A stretch of DNA of 64,000 nt from a virus, in IMG/VR virus record IMGVR_UViG_3300032223_001420, positions 1-64,000 of that record. The stretch is one strand, 5' to 3'. The position numbers and the translations under genes are program-made. The notes beneath the pieces are model-generated. The model was not told where the DNA came from, made no database searches, and worked only from the letters and a program-made list of their open reading frames with translations. This document shows, piece by piece, positions 1 to 8,092 of this stretch. Positions within the stretch are counted from its first letter, which is position 1. Each line of letters starts with the position of its first letter.

Positions 1-70
1 GTTCGTCTATCGGTTAGGACATCGCCCTTTCACGGCGGTAAGAGGAGTTCGATTCTCCTACGGTGTGCCA
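1..70 (+). tRNA. tRNA-Glu(TTC), 5' end truncated by the window
   Basis: Anticodon arm TCGCC-CTTTCAC-GGCGG, T-arm GTTCGATTC, 3' CCA at 68-70. Confidence 0.9.
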
Positions 71-120
71 GTTTTTTATAGGAGACCTGTCATGGATAGT
101 GACAAGAGTGGTAAGATGAA

Positions 121-196
121 GGGAGTATGGTCAAACGGTTAAGACAGCGGACTTTTAATCCGTCAGGTCAGGGTTCGAATCCCTGTGCTCCCACCA
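121..196 (+). tRNA. tRNA-Lys(TTT)
   Basis: Acceptor GGGAGTA/TGCTCCC, anticodon loop CTTTTAA, GGTTCGAATCC, encoded CCA. Confidence 0.93.
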
Positions 197-399
197 ATAT
201 CATTAATTGTGTTATTATGGAAAATTCCAGTGATCGCTGGATAGTGCTTCCCGAAATGACTTGTTGTCCGGATTATTCAAGTCTATAGGGTGTGACTGAC
301 GAAAAACCTATGACGATAGGAACAATAAGAGCAGTCCTATTAAATGCAAACCCTAGGCGGTGAATCCTAGGTATAACATGATAACACAATTAATGGTAT
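197..399 (+). ncRNA. Unidentified ~200-nt multibranched structured RNA between tRNA-Lys and tRNA-Gln
   Basis: 197-219 pairs with 377-399 (23 bp, two G-U pairs); internal helices 226-241, 258-283, 285-340 (with the 307-320 hairpin) and 352-371. Confidence 0.7.
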
Positions 400-403
400 C
401 AGT

Positions 404-479
404 TGGAGATTCGCCAAGTTGGTAAGGCATCGGATTTTGATTCCGACATGCACAGGTTCGAGTCCTGTATCTCCTACCA
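404..479 (+). tRNA. tRNA-Gln(TTG)
   Basis: Anticodon arm TCGGA-TTTTGAT-TCCGA, GGTTCGAGTCC, CCA end. Confidence 0.92.
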
Positions 480-518
480 AGTTTAAGTTTACAGTGTACT
501 AGTTTTAAGTTTACAATG

Positions 519-592
519 CTCGGTGTGATGTAATGGCAGCATAGCGGTCTCCAAAACCGTTCGTTGCGGTTCGAGTCCGTACACCGAGGCCA
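519..592 (+). tRNA. tRNA-Trp(CCA)
   Basis: Acceptor CTCGGTG/CACCGAG, anticodon loop CTCCAAA, CCA end. Confidence 0.92.
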
Positions 593-598
593 AACAAC

Positions 599-685
599 GG
601 AGAGTTGGCAGAGTGGTAATGCACCGGATTGCTAATCCGCCGTTTCGAAAGAGGCGCACAGGTTCGAGTCCTGTACTCTCCGCCA
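599..685 (+). tRNA. tRNA-Ser(GCT)
   Basis: Acceptor GGAGAGT/ACTCTCC, anticodon loop TTGCTAA, long variable arm, CCA end. Confidence 0.92.
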
Positions 686-704
686 ATTACGATTGTGCCA
701 ACGC

Positions 705-733
705 TTGACAAATCAAAAAATTTCTGCGATAAT
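705..733 (+). promoter_or_regulatory. Sigma70-type early promoter
   Basis: TTGACA-17 nt-GATAAT, ending 7 nt before ATG 741. Confidence 0.7.
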
Positions 734-740
734 AGATACT

Positions 741-947
741 ATGAATACAAAAATGTGGATTGACCCACCAGCGGGTTGGAAGTATGGCTTTCCTAAAGTG
801 TATGATAAGTCAGTTGATGGCGATTGTACGCAATGGATGCTTAAAAACGGTTATCCGCAACGAGAAATTGATTTATGCGGCAACCATTTTCATGTTAGAA
901 TGTGGGAGTATACCAATGAAGACGAAAATTCCGAAAAAACCACGTAA
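741..947 (+). CDS. Hypothetical phage protein
   Basis: ORF MNTKMWIDPPAGWKYGFPK, directly downstream of the promoter. Confidence 0.7.
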   Translation: MNTKMWIDPPAGWKYGFPKVYDKSVDGDCTQWMLKNGYPQREIDLCGNHFHVRMWEYTNEDENSEKTT

Positions 948-1074
948 TTTTGTTGCAAAAGACTTGATGACGCCAAAATATTCGATGAAAGTCGAAAAAT
1001 CGAGTGTGAATTTTTACAATCGTGCGTCAGAAAAATCGAAATTATGCAGGAATTACCATTTTTATGCAAACTAA
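916..1074 (+). CDS. Small basic hypothetical protein (NFVAK motif)
   Basis: MKTKIPKKPRNFVAKDL, overlapping neighbouring ORFs as is common in phage operons. Confidence 0.55.
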   Translation: MKTKIPKKPRNFVAKDLMTPKYSMKVEKSSVNFYNRASEKSKLCRNYHFYAN

Positions 1075-1085
1075 GCGGAAAAAAC

Positions 1086-1520
1086 ATGAATTTATTCAAG
1101 AAAAAAGTTGCAGTTGAAGAAAAAGAACAGGAAGATGGTGATGTTGCCGAGAATTATGACGGTTTCTACTTTCTTCCTGATTTTGAAGACTTTGAAGACA
1201 ACATGCAGTTGGCATTTTTCAAGTTTAAAGATGATATGAAAGATGCAAAACCGATAGAATCATCATCTGTCGGTGATAAATTTCATTTAGCGTTCTTTAC
1301 GCAAGATGAAGACGGTGCTCCAGTGTTTCAAGATTCATTTGAAGCAATTTTAGCCGATCCTGTTGTGTATATTAACAATATGGTCGGTACCGGAATGTCT
1401 GGATGTATCTTACGTAAGACAGAAAAATCAGATGTGTGGTGGACTGACTATTTGGATTACGTAACTGGTGGTGAGTTTAAAGCAAAAGTGAGAGCAGCAT
1501 TTTCTAACCTAGCGGAGTGA
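1086..1520 (+). CDS. Acidic hypothetical protein
   Basis: ORF track; start moved to the ATG after GCGGA. Confidence 0.7.
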   Translation: MNLFKKKVAVEEKEQEDGDVAENYDGFYFLPDFEDFEDNMQLAFFKFKDDMKDAKPIESSSVGDKFHLAFFTQDEDGAPVFQDSFEAILADPVVYINNMVGTGMSGCILRKTEKSDVWWTDYLDYVTGGEFKAKVRAAFSNLAE

Positions 1521-1524
1521 TAAT

Positions 1525-1818
1525 ATGAGTGATAATGTTTTTACAGGTAACACCAAAGAAGCAAAAGATAGCCGTCAATGGCTAATCGATAATTTGCTTG
1601 AGAGTGTGGTTGAAGTTACGTTTACAAAAAAAGACGGTACTGAACGTGTAATGAATTGTACCTTGCATGAAGACTATTTACCAGAAACTACTGGTGTAGG
1701 CAAAGCAGCAAGTTTGGATGCTCTTTCGGTATTCGATACTGACGTTGAAGATTGGCGTTCTTTCCGTTGGGATTCAGTGAAAGCGGTAAAACTTTCAGTG
1801 GAGAAAACTGATGCCTAA
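1525..1818 (+). CDS. WYL_2/SH3-like phage protein
   Basis: V.FTKKDGTER.M.CTL...V.D.....WRSFR motif typical of T4-like phages. Confidence 0.7.
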   Translation: MSDNVFTGNTKEAKDSRQWLIDNLLESVVEVTFTKKDGTERVMNCTLHEDYLPETTGVGKAASLDALSVFDTDVEDWRSFRWDSVKAVKLSVEKTDA

Positions 1819-2101
1819 GTATATCGTCGAGCAATTGATGACATATCGCAATGTGTATGTTGTCGAAGCAGATAATCAAACACAAGCGATTAAAATTGCA
1901 GAAAACGCCGACGATAACTGGCAGAAATTTCTTGGTACAACGACCATAGATATTAATGAATATACCGATGAACGAATCGCATACTTCAAACAGAAAGAAT
2001 ATTTCTGGGATGGCTTTTCATATCTAGATTCTGATGGGTATCTTGCATATACGTATCCTAATGGTGATAAAAACGAACCAAAAGAAATATTAATCAAATA
2101 A
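1811..2101 (+). CDS. Hypothetical protein
   Basis: ORF track; GGAG SD upstream. Confidence 0.7.
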   Translation: MPKYIVEQLMTYRNVYVVEADNQTQAIKIAENADDNWQKFLGTTTIDINEYTDERIAYFKQKEYFWDGFSYLDSDGYLAYTYPNGDKNEPKEILIK

Positions 2102-2107
2102 GGAACT

Positions 2108-2182
2108 GCGGGTGTAACTCAGTGGTAGAGTGTCAGCCTTCCAAGCTGTTCGTCGCAGGTTCGAACCCTGTCACCCGCTCCA
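2108..2182 (+). tRNA. tRNA-Gly(TCC)
   Basis: Acceptor GCGGGTG/CACCCGC, anticodon loop CTTCCAA, GGTTCGAACCC, TCCA end. Confidence 0.93.
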
Positions 2183-2186
2183 AAAT

Positions 2187-2471
2187 ATGAAATTAAAAAT
2201 ATCAGGTATACTATATGATGTTGTGTACCGTTCAACTGAAGAGATGAATGGTCTTATCGGTTCAGCCGATTTCAACAAACAATTAATCTCAATCAATAAA
2301 GACCACACCGCACAAACTCAAGAAATTGCATTTGTGCATGAAGTATTGCACATACTTAGTGATGCTTATGGTGTTGGTATGTCAGAAGAACAAATCAAAA
2401 TTATGACTCATGCAATAGTTGCATTGTATAAGGATAACGAACTACATGAAAACTTGGACATTAGAAGTTAA
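2187..2471 (+). CDS. Small HEXXH zinc-metallopeptidase-like protein
   Basis: FVHEVLH motif with a downstream EE; start moved to the ATG after tRNA-Gly. Confidence 0.6.
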   Translation: MKLKISGILYDVVYRSTEEMNGLIGSADFNKQLISINKDHTAQTQEIAFVHEVLHILSDAYGVGMSEEQIKIMTHAIVALYKDNELHENLDIRS

Positions 2472-2637
2472 AAAAATGATGGTGACCGATGACTATTACA
2501 TTGAGTTTCCAGAAGAGGTGTTAGAAGAAGCAGGATGGAAGCCAGGTGATACTTTGAAGTGGACTGACAAGGGTGATGGTTCGTGGTCACTATCAAAGAT
2601 TAATGAAAATACTGAGTCGAATGAAGAACAGAAATGA
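2446..2637 (+). CDS. AbrB/MazE/SpoVT-like DNA-binding protein
   Basis: YIEFPEEVLEEAGWKPGDTLKW swapped-hairpin pattern. Confidence 0.65.
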   Translation: MKTWTLEVKKMMVTDDYYIEFPEEVLEEAGWKPGDTLKWTDKGDGSWSLSKINENTESNEEQK

Positions 2638-2673
2638 TTAAATACTAATGTTGTTATTTTTTGAGGAGATGAT

Positions 2674-2814
2674 ATGAAAACATATAAGTGTGAAGTATGC
2701 GACCATATCCATGATGAGTCGGAACACGGTAAGTTGGAAGATTTACCAAAGTTTGCAAACTGCCCAAGTTGCGGTAGTGACGCAAGAGAAGTTTATAAAG
2801 AAGTAGAATTCTAA
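2674..2814 (+). CDS. Rubredoxin-like protein (46 aa, not in the ORF track)
   Basis: MKTYKCEVCDHIHDESEHGKLEDLPKFANCPSCGSDAREVYKEVEF: CxxC...DLP...CPxCG; GAGGAG SD. Confidence 0.8.
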   Translation: MKTYKCEVCDHIHDESEHGKLEDLPKFANCPSCGSDAREVYKEVEF

Positions 2815-2828
2815 TCAAGGAGATTCAA

Positions 2829-2903
2829 ATGGCTTGGACTACACCTTCAGCAACAGATATGCGTTTTGGTTTTGAAATTACAATGTATATTGCAAATCGC
2901 TAA
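2829..2903 (+). CDS. pqqA: Pyrroloquinoline quinone precursor peptide PqqA (24 aa, not in the ORF track)
   Basis: MAWTTPSATDMRFGFEITMYIANR has the W..P...D.R.GFE.TMY signature (ExxxY); AAGGAG SD; terminator follows. Confidence 0.92.
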   Translation: MAWTTPSATDMRFGFEITMYIANR

Positions 2904-2905
2904 AG

Positions 2906-2930
2906 AAAGGACCTTAGGGTCCTTTTTTAT
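2906..2930 (+). terminator. Rho-independent terminator, possibly bidirectional
   Basis: AAAGGACC-TTAG-GGTCCTTT followed by a T-run. Confidence 0.8.
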
Positions 2931-3099
2931 TACCTCTAGCTGGTTTAATCCTAATCAACGAATCATCTTTTACACTGCTGATGGCATGTTCTATTATACG
3001 AGCTAAGGCTTCATTTGAAGTAGCAAGAATCAAGCTGTCGGTTTTATTTGTACGAACGTAGTAAAACGTTTCGTTATCGATTATTTCTTTGTATATCAT
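2914..3099 (-). CDS. Hypothetical protein
   Basis: ORF track; overlaps the upstream minus-strand gene. Confidence 0.5.
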   Translation of the reverse strand: MIYKEIIDNETFYYVRTNKTDSLILATSNEALARIIEHAISSVKDDSLIRIKPARGNKKGP

Positions 3100-3865
3100 A
3101 AATTTCGCAATCGATCCATTTTAGATTATTATATTTGTCATACAACCAACTTCCTTTAGGTATTAAACATTTACCCAACTCTGGTGATTGTTCTATACGT
3201 ACCTGAACGACTGCCCAAACTAACCAAATGAAATAGATGATGAACATTGTTGCTAATCCATATTTCCATGCTTCACATTTGATTTTGTTAATTCTTTTCT
3301 TCTTCAGTATTGCCGCTTCTCTTTCCTTTTTCATTTTGATGCCAATAGCAATACTTTGTTCTTCTTGGATTCTTTCCATCATCTTTTCAACTTTGGTATA
3401 TAAATCACCCAATTCAGGAGGACTCTGATACACCATAATCTCACGAAGTTCAGCCTGCATGGCTTGAAGTTTGGTTTGCATTAGAACACGCTGCAAAGCA
3501 CGTTTACCTACACTATGCGGTCCTTCATAAACTTCGTATGCATGTCTTTCTTCTTCTTGAAAGATAGCCATACAAGTTGCCATGTTTTCGAAGTAAGCAC
3601 CTAAGTTCTCACCGATGACCGTATAGATATCATCGGGCTGTTTTTTGCTTAGTTCTATTACACGATTTTTTTCTTGGATGTACTGATTATGTTCAGCAAC
3701 GGTAGGAGGGCGATCTTTATGTCGGTCGTGGAACTGCGATTCAAGGTCTGTAAGAACACCCTTGACATCACTGGCGGCAGATGCAATTTCTTTGTAGAGT
3801 TTGCATCCTTGTTTAACTGCGGCGACTGCACCATTTGCTAAGGCAAAGAGGGTTAGTGGATCCAT
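3074..3865 (-). CDS. Hypothetical coiled-coil membrane protein
   Basis: MDPLTLFALANGAVAAVK...; coiled coil plus a C-terminal TM helix (YGLATMFIIYFIWLVWAVV). Confidence 0.75.
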   Translation of the reverse strand: MDPLTLFALANGAVAAVKQGCKLYKEIASAASDVKGVLTDLESQFHDRHKDRPPTVAEHNQYIQEKNRVIELSKKQPDDIYTVIGENLGAYFENMATCMAIFQEEERHAYEVYEGPHSVGKRALQRVLMQTKLQAMQAELREIMVYQSPPELGDLYTKVEKMMERIQEEQSIAIGIKMKKEREAAILKKKRINKIKCEAWKYGLATMFIIYFIWLVWAVVQVRIEQSPELGKCLIPKGSWLYDKYNNLKWIDCEIYDIQRNNR

Positions 3866-3923
3866 TTGTCCCTTTAACAACCTTTCGTATATGAAACATA
3901 AAAAAGTTCAAAAAAGACAATGC

Positions 3924-3953
3924 TTGACAATCACCGTATATTTATGTTAGAAT
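3924..3953 (+). promoter_or_regulatory. Sigma70-type promoter
   Basis: TTGACA...TGtTAGAAT upstream of ORF 3987. Confidence 0.6.
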
Positions 3954-3986
3954 GGAAGTTGAACTAAATAATGTGATGAGGATATT

Positions 3987-5063
3987 ATGAGTAAATCTAT
4001 TGACATTAAAGCAATCTTATCAAACAACAAAGAACCCAAGTTTTCGGGTGAGTTGTCGCAAACGGAACTGACTCAAACGCTGAGTTGGTACGCCCAGAAT
4101 CGTGATAGCAAAGATGCAATAAAGTACGCTACCGAATACTTCAAAAAGAAACTTAAAATTGAGGCTCCTGACGGCTTGAAATCACAAGCCCCTACGTTCG
4201 GCTATATCTGTCGGATTGTGAGCCTAGGCGGCGTTCTGAACGATTCTAACGCTAAATGGTTCGATAAGACCATTGAGGAGCTAAAGAATGCAAAACGAGC
4301 CGCTACCAAGTCCGCCAAAGTTGCAAATGTTATATCAATTCAAGATCATATCAAAAGGAAATCGTCCGACTATATTGGAGAGTTGGAAGGTCAAATTGAC
4401 GAACTGATAACATCCGATTTTAAAACAGATGTTTCACCTTATGCAATGATGAACGCTTTGGAAGTAAAAGGCGCACATACAAAATTTATAATTGACCATT
4501 TTAAAACACGCCGTGCTGAATATGATGAAGTTTTGACAACCGATGATCCAGATGTCAAAGAAGCATATTCTAACTTTTCAAAAGTGCAACTAAAAAAATT
4601 AGTTGCGTATTGTGACCAAGTAATTCTTGATGGTATGAAACTTGCGGGTGATGCTGTTAAATCACGTAAGCCACGTAAACGAAAAGCTAAGTCGCCTGAG
4701 CAGTTGACTACTAAATTAAACTACGCAAAAGATTTTGCCGAATTAAAATTAGTATCGGTTGATCCGAAAACTATTGTTGGTGCAAATCAATTATGGGTGT
4801 ATAATACCAAAACACGAAAACTTGGTGTTTACGTTGCTCTTGATGCTGCTGGTCTAAGCGTTAAAGGCTCGACGATACAAAATTTTGCGGAAAGCAAATC
4901 AATCTGCAAAACGATTCGTGTACCGACAACAACAAGAATGAATGATGTGCTTAATGCAGGCAAAGTTGCATTACGTAATATATTAAATGATATTCGTGCT
5001 GCTGAAAATAAGTTGACAGGACGAATTAATGCTGATACAATTCTATTGAGAACAGTAAAATGA
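3987..5063 (+). CDS. Conserved T4-like phage hypothetical protein upstream of rnh
   Basis: 358 aa; C-terminal IVGA..LWVYNTKTRKLG.Y...KGSTI..F...S..KT.R...GRIN.DTILL pattern. Confidence 0.75.
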   Translation: MSKSIDIKAILSNNKEPKFSGELSQTELTQTLSWYAQNRDSKDAIKYATEYFKKKLKIEAPDGLKSQAPTFGYICRIVSLGGVLNDSNAKWFDKTIEELKNAKRAATKSAKVANVISIQDHIKRKSSDYIGELEGQIDELITSDFKTDVSPYAMMNALEVKGAHTKFIIDHFKTRRAEYDEVLTTDDPDVKEAYSNFSKVQLKKLVAYCDQVILDGMKLAGDAVKSRKPRKRKAKSPEQLTTKLNYAKDFAELKLVSVDPKTIVGANQLWVYNTKTRKLGVYVALDAAGLSVKGSTIQNFAESKSICKTIRVPTTTRMNDVLNAGKVALRNILNDIRAAENKLTGRINADTILLRTVK

Positions 5064-5908
5064 TAATTTTTGATTTTAATCAAGTAGCAATTTCATCACT
5101 GATGGAACAAATCGGCTCTTCCAAGAAACCTGTGGAAGAGAATCTGGTACGTCACATGATTTTAAATGTGATTCGTACATACGTGAAGAAATTCAAAGCT
5201 ACACATGGACCCGAAGTTGTGATCGCTTGTGATAACCGCAACTACTGGCGCCGTGATTTTTTTCCACAATATAAAGCATCACGCAAGAAAAATCGTGATG
5301 CATCTGGTCACGACTGGAATTCTATCTTTGAGTGCCTACATAAAATCAAAGAAGAGTTGAAATTATATTCACCATATAAAGTGATTGATGTTGACACTGC
5401 TGAAGCAGATGATATAATTGCAGTGTTGTCTATGCGCCAATCAGCACATGAAAAGGTAATGATACTTTCGTCAGATAAAGACTTTGCACAGTTGCAGAAG
5501 TTCACCAACGTCGAACAGTTTTCACCTATTCTGAAAAAGTTCATTAAAGAACCTTTGCCTGCTATACAACTAAAGCAGATGATTATTCGTGGTGACAAGG
5601 GCGATGGTATACCTAACATTCTATCGCAAGATAATGTCTTCACCGAAGGTGGTCGTCAGAAACCTATTACCGAAGCAAAGATCATTAACTGGCTCAATCA
5701 GAAACCTGAAGAGTTCTGCAATGAAGATATGCTCCGTAACTACAAACGAAATGAACTGCTAATTGACCTAACGCAAATACCAGAGTCGTTGCAGCAAACA
5801 ATCGTGACTACATATGAAAGCACCTCTGCCAAAACTAGACAGGTGTTTATGAATTATATGATTGCCAACAAACTTAAAAATTTAATTGAGGTCCTGGATG
5901 AGTTCTGA
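5060..5908 (+). CDS. rnh: T4-like RNase H (5'-3' exonuclease, FEN family)
   Basis: IIFDFNQ, YWRR.FFP.YKASR, EADDII, SSDKDF.QL and GDKGDGIPN motifs. Confidence 0.93.
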   Translation: MIIFDFNQVAISSLMEQIGSSKKPVEENLVRHMILNVIRTYVKKFKATHGPEVVIACDNRNYWRRDFFPQYKASRKKNRDASGHDWNSIFECLHKIKEELKLYSPYKVIDVDTAEADDIIAVLSMRQSAHEKVMILSSDKDFAQLQKFTNVEQFSPILKKFIKEPLPAIQLKQMIIRGDKGDGIPNILSQDNVFTEGGRQKPITEAKIINWLNQKPEEFCNEDMLRNYKRNELLIDLTQIPESLQQTIVTTYESTSAKTRQVFMNYMIANKLKNLIEVLDEF

Positions 5909-6329
5909 ACTATTGTATTCCGAAATTCTAGACGAATTTACAAACGCACCAACAAAGCAAGATAAAATCAACATTCTTCGTAAGAATGGTGATACTCGAT
6001 TCAAATTCTTTTTAGAATTGGCACTAAGTCCTAACGTCGAATGGGATGTTATTATTCCACACATTTATCGACCAGCGGTTGAACCTGCTGGATTAAACTT
6101 TGCATATCTCGACACAGAGATGCCTAAGATGTATCGGTTTATAAAAAATCATCCGATGCGACCTCAAGGATATACTGCCGAGAAAACAACTCAACAATTA
6201 CAAGTTATCTTAGAATCATTGCACAAAGATGAGTCGGCAATTTTTGCACAATTGATTCAAGGTAAGTTTAAAGTAAAAGGGTTAACTTCTGCCCTAGTCA
6301 AAGAAGCCTTTCCTGATATTAACTTATGA
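5898..6329 (+). CDS. Conserved T4-like hypothetical protein
   Basis: LYSEIL...K..ILR...Q.ILESLH..E...K...LVKEAFP pattern, typically downstream of rnh. Confidence 0.7.
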   Translation: MSSELLYSEILDEFTNAPTKQDKINILRKNGDTRFKFFLELALSPNVEWDVIIPHIYRPAVEPAGLNFAYLDTEMPKMYRFIKNHPMRPQGYTAEKTTQQLQVILESLHKDESAIFAQLIQGKFKVKGLTSALVKEAFPDINL

Positions 6330-6760
6330 AAATCGTTGTCGTTTCTGGTGGGTTTGACCCCATACATTCTGGTCACATTGCTTTGTTGCGTGATGCTTCA
6401 GAACTAGGTGACATTTTAATTGCAGGTTTAAATTCTGATGAATGGTTAACACGCAAAAAAGGTAAACCATTCATGCCATTCGGTGAACGTAAAATTGTTC
6501 TTGGTGCTATTCAATGGGTAGACACTGTTTGGACATTCGATGACCCTGATAATACTGCCTGTGATTTGCTTAAAAAAGTGAGAGAATATTATTTGCAAGA
6601 TACAACAGAGAATTACGAATTTGTATTCGCAAATGGTGGTGACAGAATCGAATCAAATAACGCAGAGGTAAATGTTGAGGGTTGGGAATTTGTTTACGGT
6701 ATTGGCGGATTCGATAAAAAGAATTCGTCGTCAAAAATTCTGAAAGACTGGAATGAGTAA
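6326..6760 (+). CDS. Cytidylyltransferase-like nucleotidyltransferase (TagD/RfaE type)
   Basis: SGGFDPIHSGH (HIGH motif), GLNSD.WL.RKKG, FANGGDR, K.NSSS. Confidence 0.9.
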   Translation: MKIVVVSGGFDPIHSGHIALLRDASELGDILIAGLNSDEWLTRKKGKPFMPFGERKIVLGAIQWVDTVWTFDDPDNTACDLLKKVREYYLQDTTENYEFVFANGGDRIESNNAEVNVEGWEFVYGIGGFDKKNSSSKILKDWNE

Positions 6761-6926
6761 AGGATCAAAACCAAGACCCATAGAAATACCGATGGAAAAG
6801 TTTAATGCTAACTGGGATACAATTTTTAAGAAAAAGGTGAAACATGAAAGTAGCAGTCGTAACGCCAACTGTGGGTGCAAAGATTCTGGAAAAGTGTGTA
6901 CAAAGTGTTCAACAACAAACGTATGA
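6753..6926 (+). CDS. Small hypothetical protein (MSKGSKPRP...F..NWD.IF)
   Basis: 57-aa ORF filling the gap 6760-6844; its C-terminal part overlaps the next gene. Confidence 0.45.
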   Translation: MSKGSKPRPIEIPMEKFNANWDTIFKKKVKHESSSRNANCGCKDSGKVCTKCSTTNV

Positions 6927-7593
6927 TAACATAGTACATTACATTTTTATTGATGGTTCGGAGCATGATAAAAAAGTCCAAGAAATTATCAAAGATTATG
7001 ATGTATCTCAAGTCTTACTTGAACAGAATGTCGGCAAAGGCTGGTATGGTCATCGTGTATATGCTGCATGTTCTTATTTGGTCGATGCTGATGTTATATG
7101 TTACCTCGATGAAGATAATTGGCTGGAACCTAATCACGTTGAGACATTGGTTCAAAAAATCAAAGAAGGTGCTGATTGGGCATACTCATTAAGAAAGATT
7201 TATGATAAAGATGGCGAATTCGTTTGTGAAGATAATTGCGAATCGCTAGGTAAGTGGCCAGTTTATTTTAACAAAGAACAATTCCATATTGATACTTCGT
7301 CATTCATGGTTAAACTTGATGTAGCCAACAAAATTGGTCCTGCATGGTATGGGCAATGGGGACAAGATCGCAAATTCTTCTCCGCACTCAAAACATACTT
7401 TCCCAATTACGCTTGTTCAAAAGAATATTCATTGTGCTATCGCTTAGATGGTAATGAAAACTCTGTGACTGCTGAATTCTTTGATGTGGGTAATGCTGAG
7501 AATGCTAAACAGTATCCAAATGGTTTTCCATGGAAAGAAAAATATAAACAAGAATATCTTGTCGGTCCAGGCATAACAATCGTAGGAAATTAA
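6844..7593 (+). CDS. Glycosyltransferase, GT-A fold / family 2
   Basis: VAVVTPT...CVQSV..QTY...IDGS; YLDED DxD motif. Confidence 0.88.
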   Translation: MKVAVVTPTVGAKILEKCVQSVQQQTYDNIVHYIFIDGSEHDKKVQEIIKDYDVSQVLLEQNVGKGWYGHRVYAACSYLVDADVICYLDEDNWLEPNHVETLVQKIKEGADWAYSLRKIYDKDGEFVCEDNCESLGKWPVYFNKEQFHIDTSSFMVKLDVANKIGPAWYGQWGQDRKFFSALKTYFPNYACSKEYSLCYRLDGNENSVTAEFFDVGNAENAKQYPNGFPWKEKYKQEYLVGPGITIVGN

Positions 7594-7594
7594 G

Positions 7595-8092
7595 ATGAGA
7601 ATTGAGAATACACCACTTGATGGTGTGAGATTAGTTAAGCCTGATGTTTATGAAGATTATCGTGGCACAAACTTTGAACTATACAACGAAACAAAATTTC
7701 GTGATGAGGTTATATTCAACAATTTTGTAGTAGATAGTATTTCCACATCACGCAAACATACTCTCCGTGGTATTCACGGAGATAATAAAACTAAAAAACT
7801 TGTGTCGTGTCTGTATGGTACTATTCATATGGTCATCATCAATCGTGATCCCGATTCGAAACAATATAATAATTGGTTCCACATCACACTATCAGATCGC
7901 AACAAATATCAACTGTTGATACCACCAAAGTTTGGTAATGGTCATTTGGTCATGTCTGACGAAGCAGTGTTCAGTTACAAGTTAAGTGAATACTATGGCC
8001 GTGAATCTCAGTTCACAATCAAGTGGAATGATCCGATGCACAATTTCTTTTGGCCAATTAAAAATCCTATTCTTTCTGAAAGAGACGCATGA
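7595..8092 (+). CDS. rfbC: dTDP-4-dehydrorhamnose 3,5-epimerase (RmlC/RfbC family)
   Basis: D.RG.F.E, S.S...LRGIH, IPP.FG.G, YK....Y, W.DP motifs. Confidence 0.88.
   Translation: MRIENTPLDGVRLVKPDVYEDYRGTNFELYNETKFRDEVIFNNFVVDSISTSRKHTLRGIHGDNKTKKLVSCLYGTIHMVIINRDPDSKQYNNWFHITLSDRNKYQLLIPPKFGNGHLVMSDEAVFSYKLSEYYGRESQFTIKWNDPMHNFFWPIKNPILSERDA

Noticed and set aside
80-142. AGGAG plus a short ORF MDSDKSGKMKGVWSNG
   Set aside because: It is 16 codons long, runs into tRNA-Lys and has no other support
296-340. CTGACGA resembling a hammerhead ribozyme core
   Set aside because: There is no GAAA after the candidate stem II and no stem III/NUH arrangement
219-376. GGAAAATTCC and GCAAAC resembling RNase P RNA or c-di-GMP riboswitch motifs
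   Set aside because: The P4 partner and the expected helix order were not found; kept only as an unknown ncRNA
482-515. Direct repeat TTTAAGTTTACA, two copies
   Set aside because: Only two AT-rich copies in a tRNA spacer; not a CRISPR array or att site
489-711. Minus-strand ORFs 489-686 and 511-711
   Set aside because: They are antisense to tRNA-Trp and tRNA-Ser, so they are shadow ORFs
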